Of a stretch of 64,000 bases of DNA, positions 1 to 12,500 are shown one piece after another. This stretch comes from Eledone cirrhosa (lineage: Eukaryota). The number at the start of each line of letters is the position of its first letter. The first letter of the stretch is position 1. The stretch lies in assembly GCA_964016885.1 (NCBI GenBank), contig OZ024741.1, forward strand, positions 104,532,001 to 104,596,000. The letters run 5' to 3'. The notes beneath the pieces were generated by a model, which was given only the letters and a program-made list of their open reading frames with translations, did no database searches and was not told the origin of the DNA. A program made the position numbers and the translations under genes.

Positions 1-315
1 TTTCTGTCAGGAGTTGCTGGAGTAGATAGTATCAGCAATGGAAACACCAATAGAAATTGTTTCTTTGGTCCGATTTGACGAGTTCCACCCTACTCGGTAA
101 GCGGGTGATATAGAATATATGTGAAGACTCGTGGCTCAGTGGTTAAAGTGTTCAGCTCACGGGGATTTCAAACTCAAGGACTCAAAAGGGCCATTACGTC
201 CTGGAAGAGAGGCACAGTGTGCTAAAAGTGCGATGAGGCGGAGGCGTAATTTCCACCAGTCATAATGCTAATCTGCAATGCAGCTGATAGGCTGCTATTA
301 ATTAATTAATCTATT

Positions 316-416
316 CCCGCCGAGGTTAACTTTGCCTTTCATCCTTACGGGGTCGATAAAATAAAGTACCAGTAATACACTGGGTAATTGCTGGCCTTGT
401 GCCTAACGTAGAAACA
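316..416 (+). mobile_element. 5'-truncated SINE (same family as 2011, 19228 and 39008 copies)
   Basis: Matches the 3' half of the other copies (gaggttaactttgcctttcatcc...ggccttgtgcctaacgtagaaac); flanked by direct repeat attaattaattaatctatt (TSD). Confidence 0.8.
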
Positions 417-434
417 ATTAATTAATTAATCTAT

Positions 435-469
<35 letters not shown>

Positions 470-869
470 TGAATACTCATATGATAATGGCATATGTGAA
501 TTAGTACAAAATGTAGGGAGATAACATTTCTGTCTAAAATTTTCCTTAATTAGTCACGAAAATTGTTCTGTCGCGGGCCATAGAAAAGTAGTTTGCAGAC
601 CACATAATTGAGACCCCTGGTTTAGTCCACTCAGTTTCAAAAAATGAGTTGAACTTATAGTTCAAAAGACCAGCCATATCACATACTGTATTATGCCGTA
701 TCTCCCTGGGAACTACGTTAAAGGTACACGTGTCTATGGAATTATTGACTGACATCGAGAAATTAAGAAAAATGTTTCCTTTTAATAGTAATATGTGTCT
801 ATTATTTCCCCTTGTGCTCCCTTATTTGCTAATTCATCTGCTTTCCTATTTTCCTTAACATCTGCATGG

Positions 870-1180
870 TCTTCTTCTTCTTCTTCTTCTTCTTCTTCTT
901 CTTCTTTTTCTTCTTCTTCTTCGTTCACTGATTCCTGAGAGGGTCGTGGGCGCAGAGTCCTCAAAATATCCTTCCAGCGGGTCCTGTCAGAAGCAACCAT
1001 CTCCAACTGATCCGGCTGGATCCCCAAGCGTGACCAGCCAAGCACATAGATGTAATCCAACCATCTTGCTCGAGGTCTACTCCTGGGTCTCTTGCCGGCT
1101 GGTTTTGCCCGTAAAATCTGTCCAGCGATTCTTTCCTGAGACATTCTAACCACATACCCATATATGGCCTGGTATCCAAA
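870..1180 (-). mobile_element. 3' fragment of RTE-clade LINE with (GAA)n tail
   Basis: Minus ORF ...RMSQERIAGQIL...GKRPRSRPRARW...ASDRTRW is a typical RTE ORF C-terminus; followed by a (GAA)n tail; same family at 28750-29640 and 34715-35090. Confidence 0.8.
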
Positions 1181-1523
1181 TTATTATTTATTTATTATTT
1201 TCTGTAAGATAGTTATCTGTTCTTAGCAACGCGCTCTCAATTTATCTAATCTAACCTCCCTTTCTTGATTTAAACAATTCTATACTCAATAGACTATCAG
1301 TAAATATGAAACCTTTTTCCTATGGCATTTCTTTAATCGGGTCAGTGAATAATAATTCCCCATCACTCTGTATCACATATTATAAGATCCTGCTGTAATC
1401 TGAAGCTCATATTTGTATTATTATTTTAGAAAGACCAAGTAGCCCCATACTCTTCTCTATTGACTGAAATCGACCTCAGTGTGTTACTGGTGCTTTATAT
1501 AATAATGATTATTATTATTATTA

Positions 1524-3050
1524 TATTGTTTGAAGTGAGAATATTCTGAGCTCCAGTAAGTTTATTTTAAGTTGTTTAAACCAAAATTTGTTAAATTATT
1601 TTTGTTTCAAGGGAAAAATAATGCACCTGTCTATGCCTCGAAGGAGAGAGTCCCTCATAATATTTGTGCCTTGGGCCGAAATATTTGAACGTTATTTTTT
1701 TTTTCTGAAAAAACATGGACGGAATACGCCCCCTCACGTTAGGTTAGCTGTCATGTGACAGCGGCCGAATCGTCGAGCGGGGTAACACCGCCATTATGAA
1801 CACCAACACAACAAAATAAATGAGAGCAACAATCGAAATAATGACAACACCTGCAACAACGACTACATCACCAACAACAAGAACAGCGAAAAAACAAGTG
1901 AGAACAACAATGACAACAACAACAACGCCACCACCACCACCAACAACAACAACACCGCCACCAACAACAACAACACCACCACCACCACCATCAACAACAA
2001 CAACACTAATGGTGGTTTCTTATATAGGCACAAGGCCAGCAATTTTGGGGGAGGGGAAATCGATTAAATCGGCCCCAGTGCGTGACTGGTACTTTATTTA
2101 TCGACCCCGTAGGATGAAAGGCAAAGTTAACCTCCGTGGGATTTGAACTCAGATCATAAAGGGCCGTAACTCTTTGCTACAAAGCATGGCGTCCGATCCT
2201 CTACCGATATTGCCAATCCACTGCCCTAACAACAACAACACTAATAGTAACAGTGAAAAGTAACAAAACAGCAGCATCAATAAAAAGTAGCAAAACAGCA
2301 ACAACAAAAAAGAACGACACCAACAACAGCATCAACAACAACGTAAACAATAACAGGAGTACTTTTGTAGCCATAGCAGCAAAAAGTCAAACGTTATACA
2401 GCTTTGATTTAGCAGAAAAGAATGAACGTTTGGCCCAACCGGAAAAGATTATCACCAGAGAAAAAACCTGGGTCAACTTAAACGTCCCGGCAGAGGTGAT
2501 AGCAGCGACAGAGAGGAGAACTCTGAAATATAGATGCGTTTCAGTGCAATCTCGCAAAACAGAGATAACAACTCGAGGACAGGTAGAGGCTGCACTGAAG
2601 TGCATCATTAATGACATCGAGCATATAGCAAGGGAGTTTCTCAGTACTCTTCGAAATTGAGGCCCTTGCTATCAAGCATTCGGTTGTCCCCTGGAAGACG
2701 GATCAAATAATGATGTACCCGTCCTACATGTGAAAGAGAATAGTAAGGGTCCGTGTTCCCAGGATTCTGCCGGGACTGGATCAATGGTGACTCCTGGGGT
2801 GTGTGGCGGCAGAGGAACTTGACACCCTCCTCCATGTCAAATTTTTTTAGTTAAATGTAAGTTGACAGGTGAGGGGGGGAGTCGTCAACAACAAGTTGAT
2901 TAGAGTAATGTCAATAGGTTTTAGTAAACAAGTAGCACTAGAAATAAAAGGAGGAGGAGCTGGTAGCTAAATTAGACGAGGCTATTAGAAGTGGCATTGC
3001 AACTGACGTACTAGCAGCGAGAATGGCATTAGACCATTTCTTTAAAAAAA
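1524..3050 (+). mobile_element. Degenerate, internally deleted Tx1/L1-clade retrotransposon (ORF1 remnant plus ORF2 remnant)
   Basis: Starts after (ATT)n. ORF 2253-2660 (TLKYRCVSVQSRKTEITTRGQVEAAL) resembles ORF1 of copy A (TVTYRTVSTKSHRVERATEAQIQKAL). 2870-3045 resembles 12520-12720. Confidence 0.65.
2011..2227 (-). mobile_element. Full-length SINE, probably tRNA-derived
   Basis: Reverse complement matches copies at 19228 and 39008; box-B-like gagttcaaatcc; TSD aacaacaacaacactaat on both sides. Confidence 0.85.
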
Positions 3051-3054
3051 CATG

Positions 3055-4060
3055 ATATAAACGGTGGGGTGCCAGGTTATTCGGCCCCTCAATGCTGTTG
3101 TACATTTGCTTAAGTTTGTCTGATTTCACAAGTTCTTGGATTCAGCCTTCACTATTCTATATTGAGATGATATATGGCCACATTCTCTTCTGATTCTATG
3201 TTTTTCAGATATTGCTTTGTTTGTTTGTTGTGATACCCACTGTGGAATGGAAAGGCTTTCCTTAGGTAAAATCTCTTTAGATACCTCTGATATGCTTCTG
3301 CAGATAGTATCATAAATGTTACCGGGGTCTTCATCAGATTGTAAAGCTTAAAGGCGGTTTTGCAGCGCAAGTTTGAATCAGCCTGCTGTTTCATTATATG
3401 AGAGTTTGTCTAAGTTAACTTTCAATGCTATTTTAGTTCTTTGTGGCCAACCAAAGTTGATACGACATCTTGTGCGCACCATATGATGGTCAAATATAAC
3501 AGGAGTGTTAAGAGCAGTTCTGTCTAACATGCTTAGTCTTGCTGAAGTTGTTCTTGCTATGATAAAGTTGATTTGATTCTTAGTTATACTGTCTGGTGAT
3601 ATCCAAGTGAACAGGTTTTTCTTTTGAAATATTGTGTTGGTAATCTGCAGATTGTTCTTCGTAGAAAACTGGGCTAGAGGTTCACTTCTTGAGTTAAATG
3701 TTTGGTGGGAATGATTGATTCAGTTGCCCAACTTTACAGTTAAAGTCACCCATCAGAAAGAGGCGATCTCTCTTTGGTGTCTCATCTATAATGGCCTGTA
3801 TATTGTGATAATATTTCGTGATTACGCTCTCTTTTTCAAAAGAAAAGAGATGGATAGTAGTATTAGTCACGAGCGGTGCTCTCCTGTGAAGAAATTGAGC
3901 TGGGAGATTGGTGACATGCGCAAATTGATGTAGTCACCATAGCCAATTAACTCCATACAACTCACGTCTGCTGTTTAGCAGCTTATTTGATACACATTTT
4001 CAATGATTTCTTTGATGTGTTTGATATGTTGCGTGTGACATTTCTGTAAGTATTTTTTCG
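3055..4060 (-). mobile_element. Decayed LINE apurinic-endonuclease region (RTE-like)
   Basis: Minus-strand translation gives YYHNIQAIIDETPKRDRLFLMGDFNCKVG and FTWISPDSITKNQINFII (APE motifs) with many stops. 4060-5150 may be its upstream ORF/UTR but is not interpretable. Confidence 0.7.
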
Positions 4061-5350
4061 TCAGAGTATGTACTCATGTGTATGTGTTCTTTGATCCATG
4101 CATGGAGTTTATGAACTACTTCCAATGTATGAACTACATTGGCTACAGGTAATCCTGTTCACTACGTACAGTTTGGGGCACATGTCTGCATTGTAGATGG
4201 GGTAATTAGTAGATATTCATATGTTGTTGGTGTTGTTAATGTTGTTGTGGTAGTGGTGTCGGTTGTTCTTTTGAGAAGGACTTCCTCAACGCAGGTCGTG
4301 AGTTCACCAGTTGTATTTTCCCTACGAATAGTAGTGGTGGTCCTTTTGTTGAACTGCGGTAACTTTAGCTAGTATATACTACCCCTTGGTGTGAGCGTCT
4401 CCTTGTGGTGTGTTAGTATCCTGGCATTTGATGGAGGATTCTGGGTGACTGCTTTCAACGAGGACTCTTGGGAATTATTTGGTGTTGGTGGTTTTGAACC
4501 TAGACTTGCTAAATCTGTTACGTATCAGGGAGACTTCGTTCCGTACGTAGGCCGTTTTGGCTCTGTTAGTGAAGTAATAGGCCTCCGTATGTCACATTCC
4601 TGTAGAATTTGGTGTAGATGGATCCTTTCTCTGATTTTGTTTTGAAGGCGAGAAGGGGGAGGAATCCAATGTTGTCAGGATGTTTAGCTTCAATATATAT
4701 GTGGCCGTCAATGCTATTGGAATTTTCATCTATTTTGATTTTGCAGGACGAAGTTAGTGTGAGGATATCGCCCACATATCTGAAGGAGTTGGAGTGGCAG
4801 GTCTTATGTACTCTATGCTATAGCTAGTCCATCGAAATCTGCTTGTAGAAGGAGACCCAAACTGGAAGTATGTATTGTCCGTGATAGTGGTAGATTGACG
4901 CTTTACACCAAAGGTGTTTTGGAGCAAGGGGGCGTTTGGAAATTTGGGGGACACTAGGGGGCGCTGGCAGGATCTTTACTTTGGTAAGTTTTATAAGCCA
5001 TATTTCTACGTCTCTGAAACAGCCAGTGTGAATGCAGTTGAATCAGCATGCAGACAGCATAACTATGGTCTGACTGGAGCTGCGAGCAGGTGTGCACGCG
5101 TGACTTGAGATTCTAAAAATAGAAAAACCCACAACTAGGTCAAGGACACTTTGAGCGCAGCCAGTGAGAATCCTGTCTCTCCTTTACCGATAACAGTGTA
5201 TTTCATGTCTGAAATTATTGACTCATCCGCAATGAGTTAACACTATGTAGATCTATTTTATTCCCAATTGTATAAATAATATTACAAATAAAAAAAAAAG
5301 AAAAGGAAAAGGAAAACAGAAAATAAAAAAATAAAAAATAAAAAACACAG

Positions 5351-5710
5351 AAGCGGGTAGCACACACATCTAGGCCGACATACAGCACATAAGCAGGTAA
5401 TACATACATCTAGGACCCTATACAACACACAAGAAGGTAATACATACATCTAGGACCACATACAAGACACAGGTAGGTAATACATACATCCTGGACCACA
5501 TGAAATACATAAGCAGGTAGCACATACATCTGGGACCACATACAACACACAGGTAGGTAATACATACATCTAGGACCACATGAAACACATAAGCAGGTAA
5601 TACATACAGCTGGGACCACATGCAATACATAAGCAGGTAGCACACACATCTGGGACCACCTACAACACACAGGCAGGTAATACATACATCTAGGACGACA
5701 TACAACACAT
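5351..5710. repeat. Minisatellite, 9 x 40 bp
   Basis: Consensus AAGCAGGTAATACATACATCTAGGACCACATACAACACAC repeated with exact 40-bp period, substitutions only. Confidence 0.95.
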
Positions 5711-5714
5711 ATTG

Positions 5715-7384
5715 TATCATGTGCTACGGACGGCGCAAGAGCAATGGTCGGCCAACATAAGGGTTTCGTCACTCTTCTGAAGAGAGAAAATCCATCTGTA
5801 TTTGATGTTCATTGTGTCATTCATCGACAACACTTGGCTGCGAAGAAACTCAGCGAGCGCCTGAGCAAGTCCTTGCAGGTGGTCATTGATGTCATCAATT
5901 TTATCAAACGCCATGCCCTCAATGAACGAAATTTCCGGCAACTGTACCAAGAATTTGTCGAGTTGCTCCTTCATACTGAAGTGAGGTGGCTTTCAAAGGG
6001 CAAGTGCCTTACTCGGTCTTTGAACTGTTCGACGTTATCATTGAGTTTCTGCGAGGACACAACACAGAACTGTACAAGAAAACCCTGGATGTGAGGCAAG
6101 ACTACGCCTACTTCGCCAACATCTTCGATGCAATAGCCTAATTATGGCTTTGAAAGGGGAGAGGATCATCTTGCTTAAAGCAGGAATGCTGTGAAAACAT
6201 TCCTGGCCAAATTGAATGTCATCGAAAGGAATCTTTGTTGACGGGAATTCTATAATTTTCCTAGTGTCACCAATGTTCAAAACATTGTGAGCGATGACCA
6301 ACTCCAAATTTATACTGCTCACCTCCATACGCTATAAGACATGAGAGAACAGTTTGACGACCTTTTGCAGATGGATATCCCAATGTGGGTAGCAGATCCC
6401 TTCATAGCTAATGTCGATGATTTGGACGTTATATTTCAGGAAGATTTAATTGAACTTCAGACAGATGACATTATCAAAATAAAATTTTCCAAAATAGGTG
6501 AACCCCTTTTTTGGATGCAAGAGGATATTCAGCATCAATTTCCACTCTTACGTACAGAGGCTAAGAGATTTACTCTGCCTTTTCCTAGCTCATACTTAGT
6601 CGAGAGGGGGTTTGGCGCTGTTTCTAGATAGCACAGTCTGTTTCACAACCGCTACAATGTAATTACACGTGGAGATCTCCGGTAAAGGCTTACGAAAATT
6701 CAGCCTCACGCCAAAGAGTTAGCTAGACTCCGTGAAGCTCAAGGGTCCCATTGAAATGAGGGCAAATTTAAAGTAAGTCGATTTATCCGAAAACTTGGAT
6801 ATGCTATTGTTACGAAGTAGTTGCAGTCTGACTGGACTGGAAACCATCTACTACAATTCATTTACTCATTTGTTGTAAATGTTTTACCATTTACTAATAA
6901 ATATACCCTCTTACGTGGTCATGAAAACCCTCTTCCGTGGTCTCTAAGCTTACAAAGCGAAGGGGACATCAAGTTAGATATCAATATTTATTCTGTCCGT
7001 TTCATTAAAGGGATGATTGGAAAGCTTTGAAATTATATAATTGCCACTTTCTTCCAGATAAGAGCACTCTTGAGATAGACAGAGTTGCTCTAGTATAAAT
7101 GTTCAAAATAGCTGGTATCACCTGGTGGGAATATAACAAATTCAATTGGTCCTTATTCATAAAAAAGAACATTTATGTTTCTTTTTTTTAATTATATACT
7201 TCCTTTCAAGGAATGTATTTATACTCTCAACTGCCTGCAATGGTATCTTTGGAATGTTGTTTATCAATTTTTTAGTAATCTACTGATATCAAAATCAGTA
7301 GTATATTGAAAAATGAAAAAATAGAGTAGGCGATTCGTGATTTTGAGCGGTTAAAGTTTGGCCTAAATGGGTTGAGAACCTGTG
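5715..7384 (+). mobile_element. hAT (Buster/Charlie-type, SCAND3/ZBED5-like) DNA transposon, 3' part, pseudogenised
   Basis: Motifs DGARAMVG, HCVIHRQHL, LLHTEVRWLSKG, LPFPSSYLVERGF with frameshifts; terminal GTTGAGAACCTGTG followed by CTCTAGAC (NTCTAGAN, the Charlie-type target). Confidence 0.88.
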
Positions 7385-7564
7385 CTCTAGACAATGGTTG
7401 TTAATAAATCATGATACAAATTTCTCTGGTTCCCTAAGAGTTGCAACTACTAAGCCTTGGTTCTAAATTCATTTTAGGTCAACTTTTTAATGGAAAGATG
7501 AAATTTGATATAGAAACCAACTTTTGCCGATGAAATGGATCGCGGCCCTTCCTCTCACTCTTCT

Positions 7565-8592
7565 ATCGAAAGCTTTTGACTGATCTAAATTGATCAAAGA
7601 CCAACCCATGCCAGGTTCCCTAGATGCTTTTTTATTAACCACAAGAGTTGACACAAAAGAATAACATTAAGGACAACAAGGGACAATACTGGACGGTAAA
7701 AATGGGCATTTCTGCGTGTAAAAAAAAACAACAGAGGATGTAACAAAAAAAAGGAAACAACGATTAATTCGCCAATGGGGGCGGGGAGACTTCCGAGGGT
7801 CGCTCATGGAGAAAGCCCACAAAAAAGCCACGGTTACCCTGACTGATAGGGTGAGTGCCCTCTTTCAGTTTTCCTCCTACTGTGCTACAGGCACACGCTC
7901 AGGTAGGCCCATTCATACAGGCCATTCTTGCGTCTCTTACCCAAACTTTCAACAAACTGGCTGGAAGGCAGCACTTCCCTCTTCACCCTGATTTTCCTTT
8001 TCAGGTGAAACCTGAAAAAGTCAATGAGGGCATCACCGAAGACGAAAAGACCCGTCTACAACCCTTTCAGACGTGTCCACCATACGATCTCTTTTACCAT
8101 AGCCACCAGGCAGATAAAAACTGCCCGCTCTTCCCAGCTAAAGGAAGGCGGCAGGGAAATTCTCACGATGGACTCAGCTGATAGCCGGATCCGTTCTACA
8201 CGCGACAGTAGGTGTTCGACATAAACCCACAATTCAGCAATGCTCGGACACTGGACGAGTGCGTGCAGGATGGTTTCATCGCCCTGCGCGCATCTCGGAC
8301 AGGCCTGGCTAACAGCACTTCCATGCCTGTAGAGTTTATCCCGAACTGGCAAGGCTTCTCGGTAGCACAGCCAGGCCAGGGATTTTTGGAAGTTGTCCAT
8401 GGGCCCCGGCCCGAAAGTTCTCTCAAAGAGATTGGCTAGTTGGTTTTCGTCGACAATCAGAGTCTCTCCGAGGACGTCGTCGCTCTTTCCCTCCACTAAC
8501 CCTCTGTAGAAAGCCAAAGTGGAGTTTCCACCGATCGTATTGCCAGACTGGTCGGGGACTGTAAGCGCTTGCAGCATTCCAGTCTCCAAGCG
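7565..8592 (-). mobile_element. Inverted Tx1 3' end (paralogue of 23998-24900)
   Basis: ORF 8056-8598 carries the CPRCAQGDETILHALVQC zinc finger; 3'UTR, AATAAA and the adjoining RT fragment match copy C and its downstream junction. Confidence 0.9.
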
Positions 8593-9495
8593 GTCCATCT
8601 GCTGTCAACACCCGCTACCTGGAGGACAGGGCATGCCGTGGATGATGATGCGCAGACCAGACACGCGCTCAGGCTACGACATCTCCACCTCTTCCTCGAC
8701 GGTGATCAGGTGTGGTCGCCGTTTGCTAGACGCGTCTTTCCCCAGCTCGTCTCCTTGACGGAGCTGCAGTCCCGGGTCAAGCGAAGACCGAGGAGGAGCG
8801 CTTGGAGACTGGAATGTCTTCAGGCGCTCACAGCCCTCGACCAGTCGGGCAATGTGATCGTTGGAAACTCCACCTTGACGTTCTATAGAGGATTAGTGGA
8901 GGGAAAGACCGACGACGTACTTGGGGAAACTCTAGGCGTCGACAAAAATCAACTAGCCAATCTTTTCGGAAGAACTTTCGGGCCGGGGCCTATGGACAAT
9001 TTCCAGAAATCCCTGACCTGGCAGTGCTACCGAGGAGCTTTGCCAGTTCGGGATAAACTCTACAGGCATGGAGGTGCCGTCAGCCGGGCATGTCCGAGAT
9101 GCGCGCAGGGCGACGAAACCGTCCTGCACGCACTCGTCCAGTGTCCGAGCATTGCTGACTTGTGGGTTTAGTCGAACACCTGGGTGAGAGAAGCAAGAAT
9201 GGCCCGTGTGAATGGGCCTACTCTGAGTATGTGCTTGTAAATTGAAGGTGGAAAACTGGGAGAGGGCACTTTCCCTGGTGGTCAGGGTCAACGTGGCTTT
9301 TTTTAATAGGCTTTCCTCACGATGGCCCTCGGAAGTCTTCCCCTTATTGGGGAATTTTCAATTGTTTCTTTTTTTGTTACATCCTCTGTTTTTGTTTTTT
9401 TTACACGCAGAAATGCACATTTGTACCGTCCTGTATTGTCCTGTACTGTCCTTAATGTCTTATATTGTGTAAACCCTTGTGGTTAATAAAGAAAG
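8593..9495 (+). mobile_element. 5'-truncated Tx1 copy D (ORF2 C-terminus and 3'UTR)
   Basis: Close match to 18077-19196; internal deletion near 9180; ends AATAAAGAAAG then (ATT)n. Confidence 0.9.
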
Positions 9496-9515
9496 AATTA
9501 TTTATTATTATTATT

Positions 9516-12500
9516 GAATGCCATGGCTGACGGAGGCTCGGCTTTGTAAGGTATAGTAATTTTTAACCGTTATAACAATTGTAAATTGTTTAAAACTTGA
9601 ACCAAATTGTAGATAAAGACACCCTCCTCCTCGTGAGAGGGGTCTTTCTGCCCGTTATTTGGCCCTTCAGGGTTAAATAACCAGTTATTGGGGTTTGTGC
9701 CCAATATTCATTTTAAACCGTAAAAAAATATGGCTACAAAAAAAATTTTCATAAGTCACTCCCACTCCTTCCGTCTTCTTCCCCAATCGTCATTACGTCA
9801 GAGAAAAGATTGTCTCTCTCCCTCCCTTCTCTAAATGTGGTGTCGTCTCTGTCGCCTCTTTCGCAAGCGACGCCATTAAAGAAAAAGAAAAAATGTAGTT
9901 TCTCGTAGCGTTCTTCATCAAGAGAACGCGCGTACCGTGGAACATTTCTCCACGACGACGACAATGACGAAAGATGTGTGCGGTAAATACGGAAAGACAT
10001 TTCATTCGTCTGACGTCATGAAGAATAGCAGCAGCAGCCGTAATAACATCAGCAGCAGCAACAGTGGCGACGAAAATACTAGTAGCAGCTGCAACAGCAT
10101 CAGCAGCAGCAGTAACAGCAACAACAACAGCAGTAGCAGCAACAGCATCAGCAGCAACAACAACAACAACAGCAGCACAGCAACAACAACAACAACAACA
10201 ACAACAGCAACAGTGGAGGCGGCGGTCGTAGTACCAGCAGCAACAACAAAAGTAACAGCAGCTCTGACGAAAACAACAACAACAAGAAAGAAAAACCAAT
10301 CTCGTTTGCAGGTATCGCAAAGAACCTGGAAAACATCCTTATAATAAATGAGGAATTACAGGAAGCAAAGAAGATGGTAACGAAAACAGGACACCGAGCA
10401 ATCTGCAAGGCAGCCGAAGAATTTTTCGAAACCCAACAGCACTGTACGGTCACGTACCGTACTGTAAGCACAAAATCACATAGGGTTGAAAGAGCCACAG
10501 AGGCTCAAATACAAAAAGCCTTAGGGTTTGTGTGGCAGCGGAAAACGCATATCACCCGAGGCAAGAAATATGCCACCGTGGACGTGCTTTTTGCCACACC
10601 CCAGGAGGCAAAGTCTCAATCCTTAGTGACCCTAAGGAGCGAGGAAATGGTGTTGGTGCCCTCCTACTGCGGGCAAAAAATTGTGAGGGTCAAACTGACC
10701 CAAGTCCCCCCCCCCCGGGTGGCCCCTTCTTGGCTGGTCGCGTCTGTCCTGGTCGGAAGAAACGAGGACAAAACAACCGTACTGCAAGTACAGAAAAAAG
10801 TACGAGAAGATTGGGTCGGCGCCTCCATTGAGATGTTAATTAAAACCAACCAGGAGTGCATCGAAGCTATCCCGGATGTGATAGACTTCGATAACGGCAC
10901 TCAACTTCCCAGAAGTGTTGAGGGAAAACGCCCGAAATGCTTTCGCTGTGGGTCGAAGACTCACCTCAGGGCCTTCTGCAATGAGAAGACCCCGAGAAAG
11001 GAGAAACCCCCCCTCCTTCCGAAACCGGCTCCACTGCTACCAGCAACAGGATAGGCGGCAAGCAGGATGGGTAGGTCCGAGGCACCCATACCCATGCCAC
11101 GGAAATCAAGAACATCAGCAGCAGTGGAAGTATTAACAACAACAACAGTAATACCAACTGCAGCTGCAACAGAGACTCCACTGCAACCATCACCAACAAG
11201 AACAAGTGAAAGAGTGGAGCTGGTACCCCTCCCCGACCTCACAGAATCGGACATTACCATCGGCGGCAACCCCACCGCCAACAACAACAACACCACAAGC
11301 ACCAACATCGCAAACACAACAACAAAACACACACACCCAGCAACAACGACAAGAAAATAGCAGAATCACACCCCACCCCCAGAAAAAGAAATGCACAGCA
11401 ATAAATACACAAGAAACTAATGACTTACATAATTGAACACACAGACATTTCACAGCACAACTACATAATACCAGCACCAATCAAAACACCAACGAACATA
11501 AGACTGGTAAGAATATCACAGAAACAATACACAATCATTAAAATGAAATTTCCCAACGCAGTTGGTGATTTCAGAGACTAGGAGGGACACTCAACCGGAG
11601 AGTATACTCGGATATACTCACAGAAGAGCCGACGACCAGCCGAAGGGACGATTCAACGGTCCCTTCACCAGACGATCAAGGTAAGTGATCCTTTCTCACT
11701 TGCCCCGTTCCTCACCCAACATGGCCGTATTCAGAATCGGAAGTGTAAACGTGCGTGGCTTAAGCTTGGTTTGGAAGCAGGGTCACTTGCTTAACGACCT
11801 CAGGTCACTAAACATAGATGTGGTGGCCATCAACGAGACGAGAATCTCCGAAACGCAATCTTTCGCCCCGATCTTCGAGGGTTACGAGGTGTACGCATCT
11901 CTGAGCCGTCCGGGAGTGGGGTTGCGGAGTGGCTGTGTTGTTTCGGAAAGGCTTGGGTCTCGCCATACGGATCCAGAAGGTAAGTCGGTAGTGCTGGACG
12001 TAAGTGGCACCGAAGGCAACGCTTTCAGGCTAGTAGCCGTCTATGCCTCGACAGGAACAGGACGGCCAGATTTCTTCAGACGTCTAGAGACCTTTCTTGG
12101 ACCGTCCCGCTCTTTAGTGTTAGTGGGCGACTGGAACGGTATCTTGGATGCACGCTGGTATTTTGTATGGCTAGTGGGTAGGGGAGGAGGGTGCAAGAGC
12201 CTCACCAACCTGCTCAGACGTTTTGAACTGTCTGACAGGTATCGACTGGATCACCCGAATGTGTCAATGTGGACATGGACAAACCGCATCGGGTCATCCA
12301 GATCGTATCTCGATAGGGTATTCTGCAGAGAACTAGATAAGGCTAGTATAAGTTGTCCACAATTTATAATAGTCGACTACACAGAAAACAAATTTGTGAT
12401 CTGTGAGCTCGACATAGACAGATTTCATAGACAAGGACCCGGTTACTGGAAGCTGAACGCGTCTTTCCCGGCGCGCAAAGCCTACAGAGACCGGATTAGC

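Noticed and set aside
127-165. tRNA gene (gtggctcagtggttaaag box A)
   Set aside because: No cloverleaf or acceptor stem follows; likely a SINE head fragment.
4060-5150. Novel protein-coding gene upstream of the decayed endonuclease
   Set aside because: Only short broken ORFs without recognisable motifs; more likely a decayed LINE 5' region.
5351-5710. CRISPR-like regular spacing and Cys/Val/Tyr-rich ORFs
   Set aside because: Units are contiguous with no unique spacers, no cas genes, and the context is eukaryotic; the ORFs are repeat translations.
5715-6753. Domesticated SCAND3/ZBED5-like host gene
   Set aside because: Frameshifts, stops, missing N-terminus and a retained TIR and target site indicate a dead transposon.
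9793-10498. Poly-Cys/Leu/Val ORFs on the minus strand
   Set aside because: Antisense readings of (CAA/CAG)n tracts in Tx1 ORF1.
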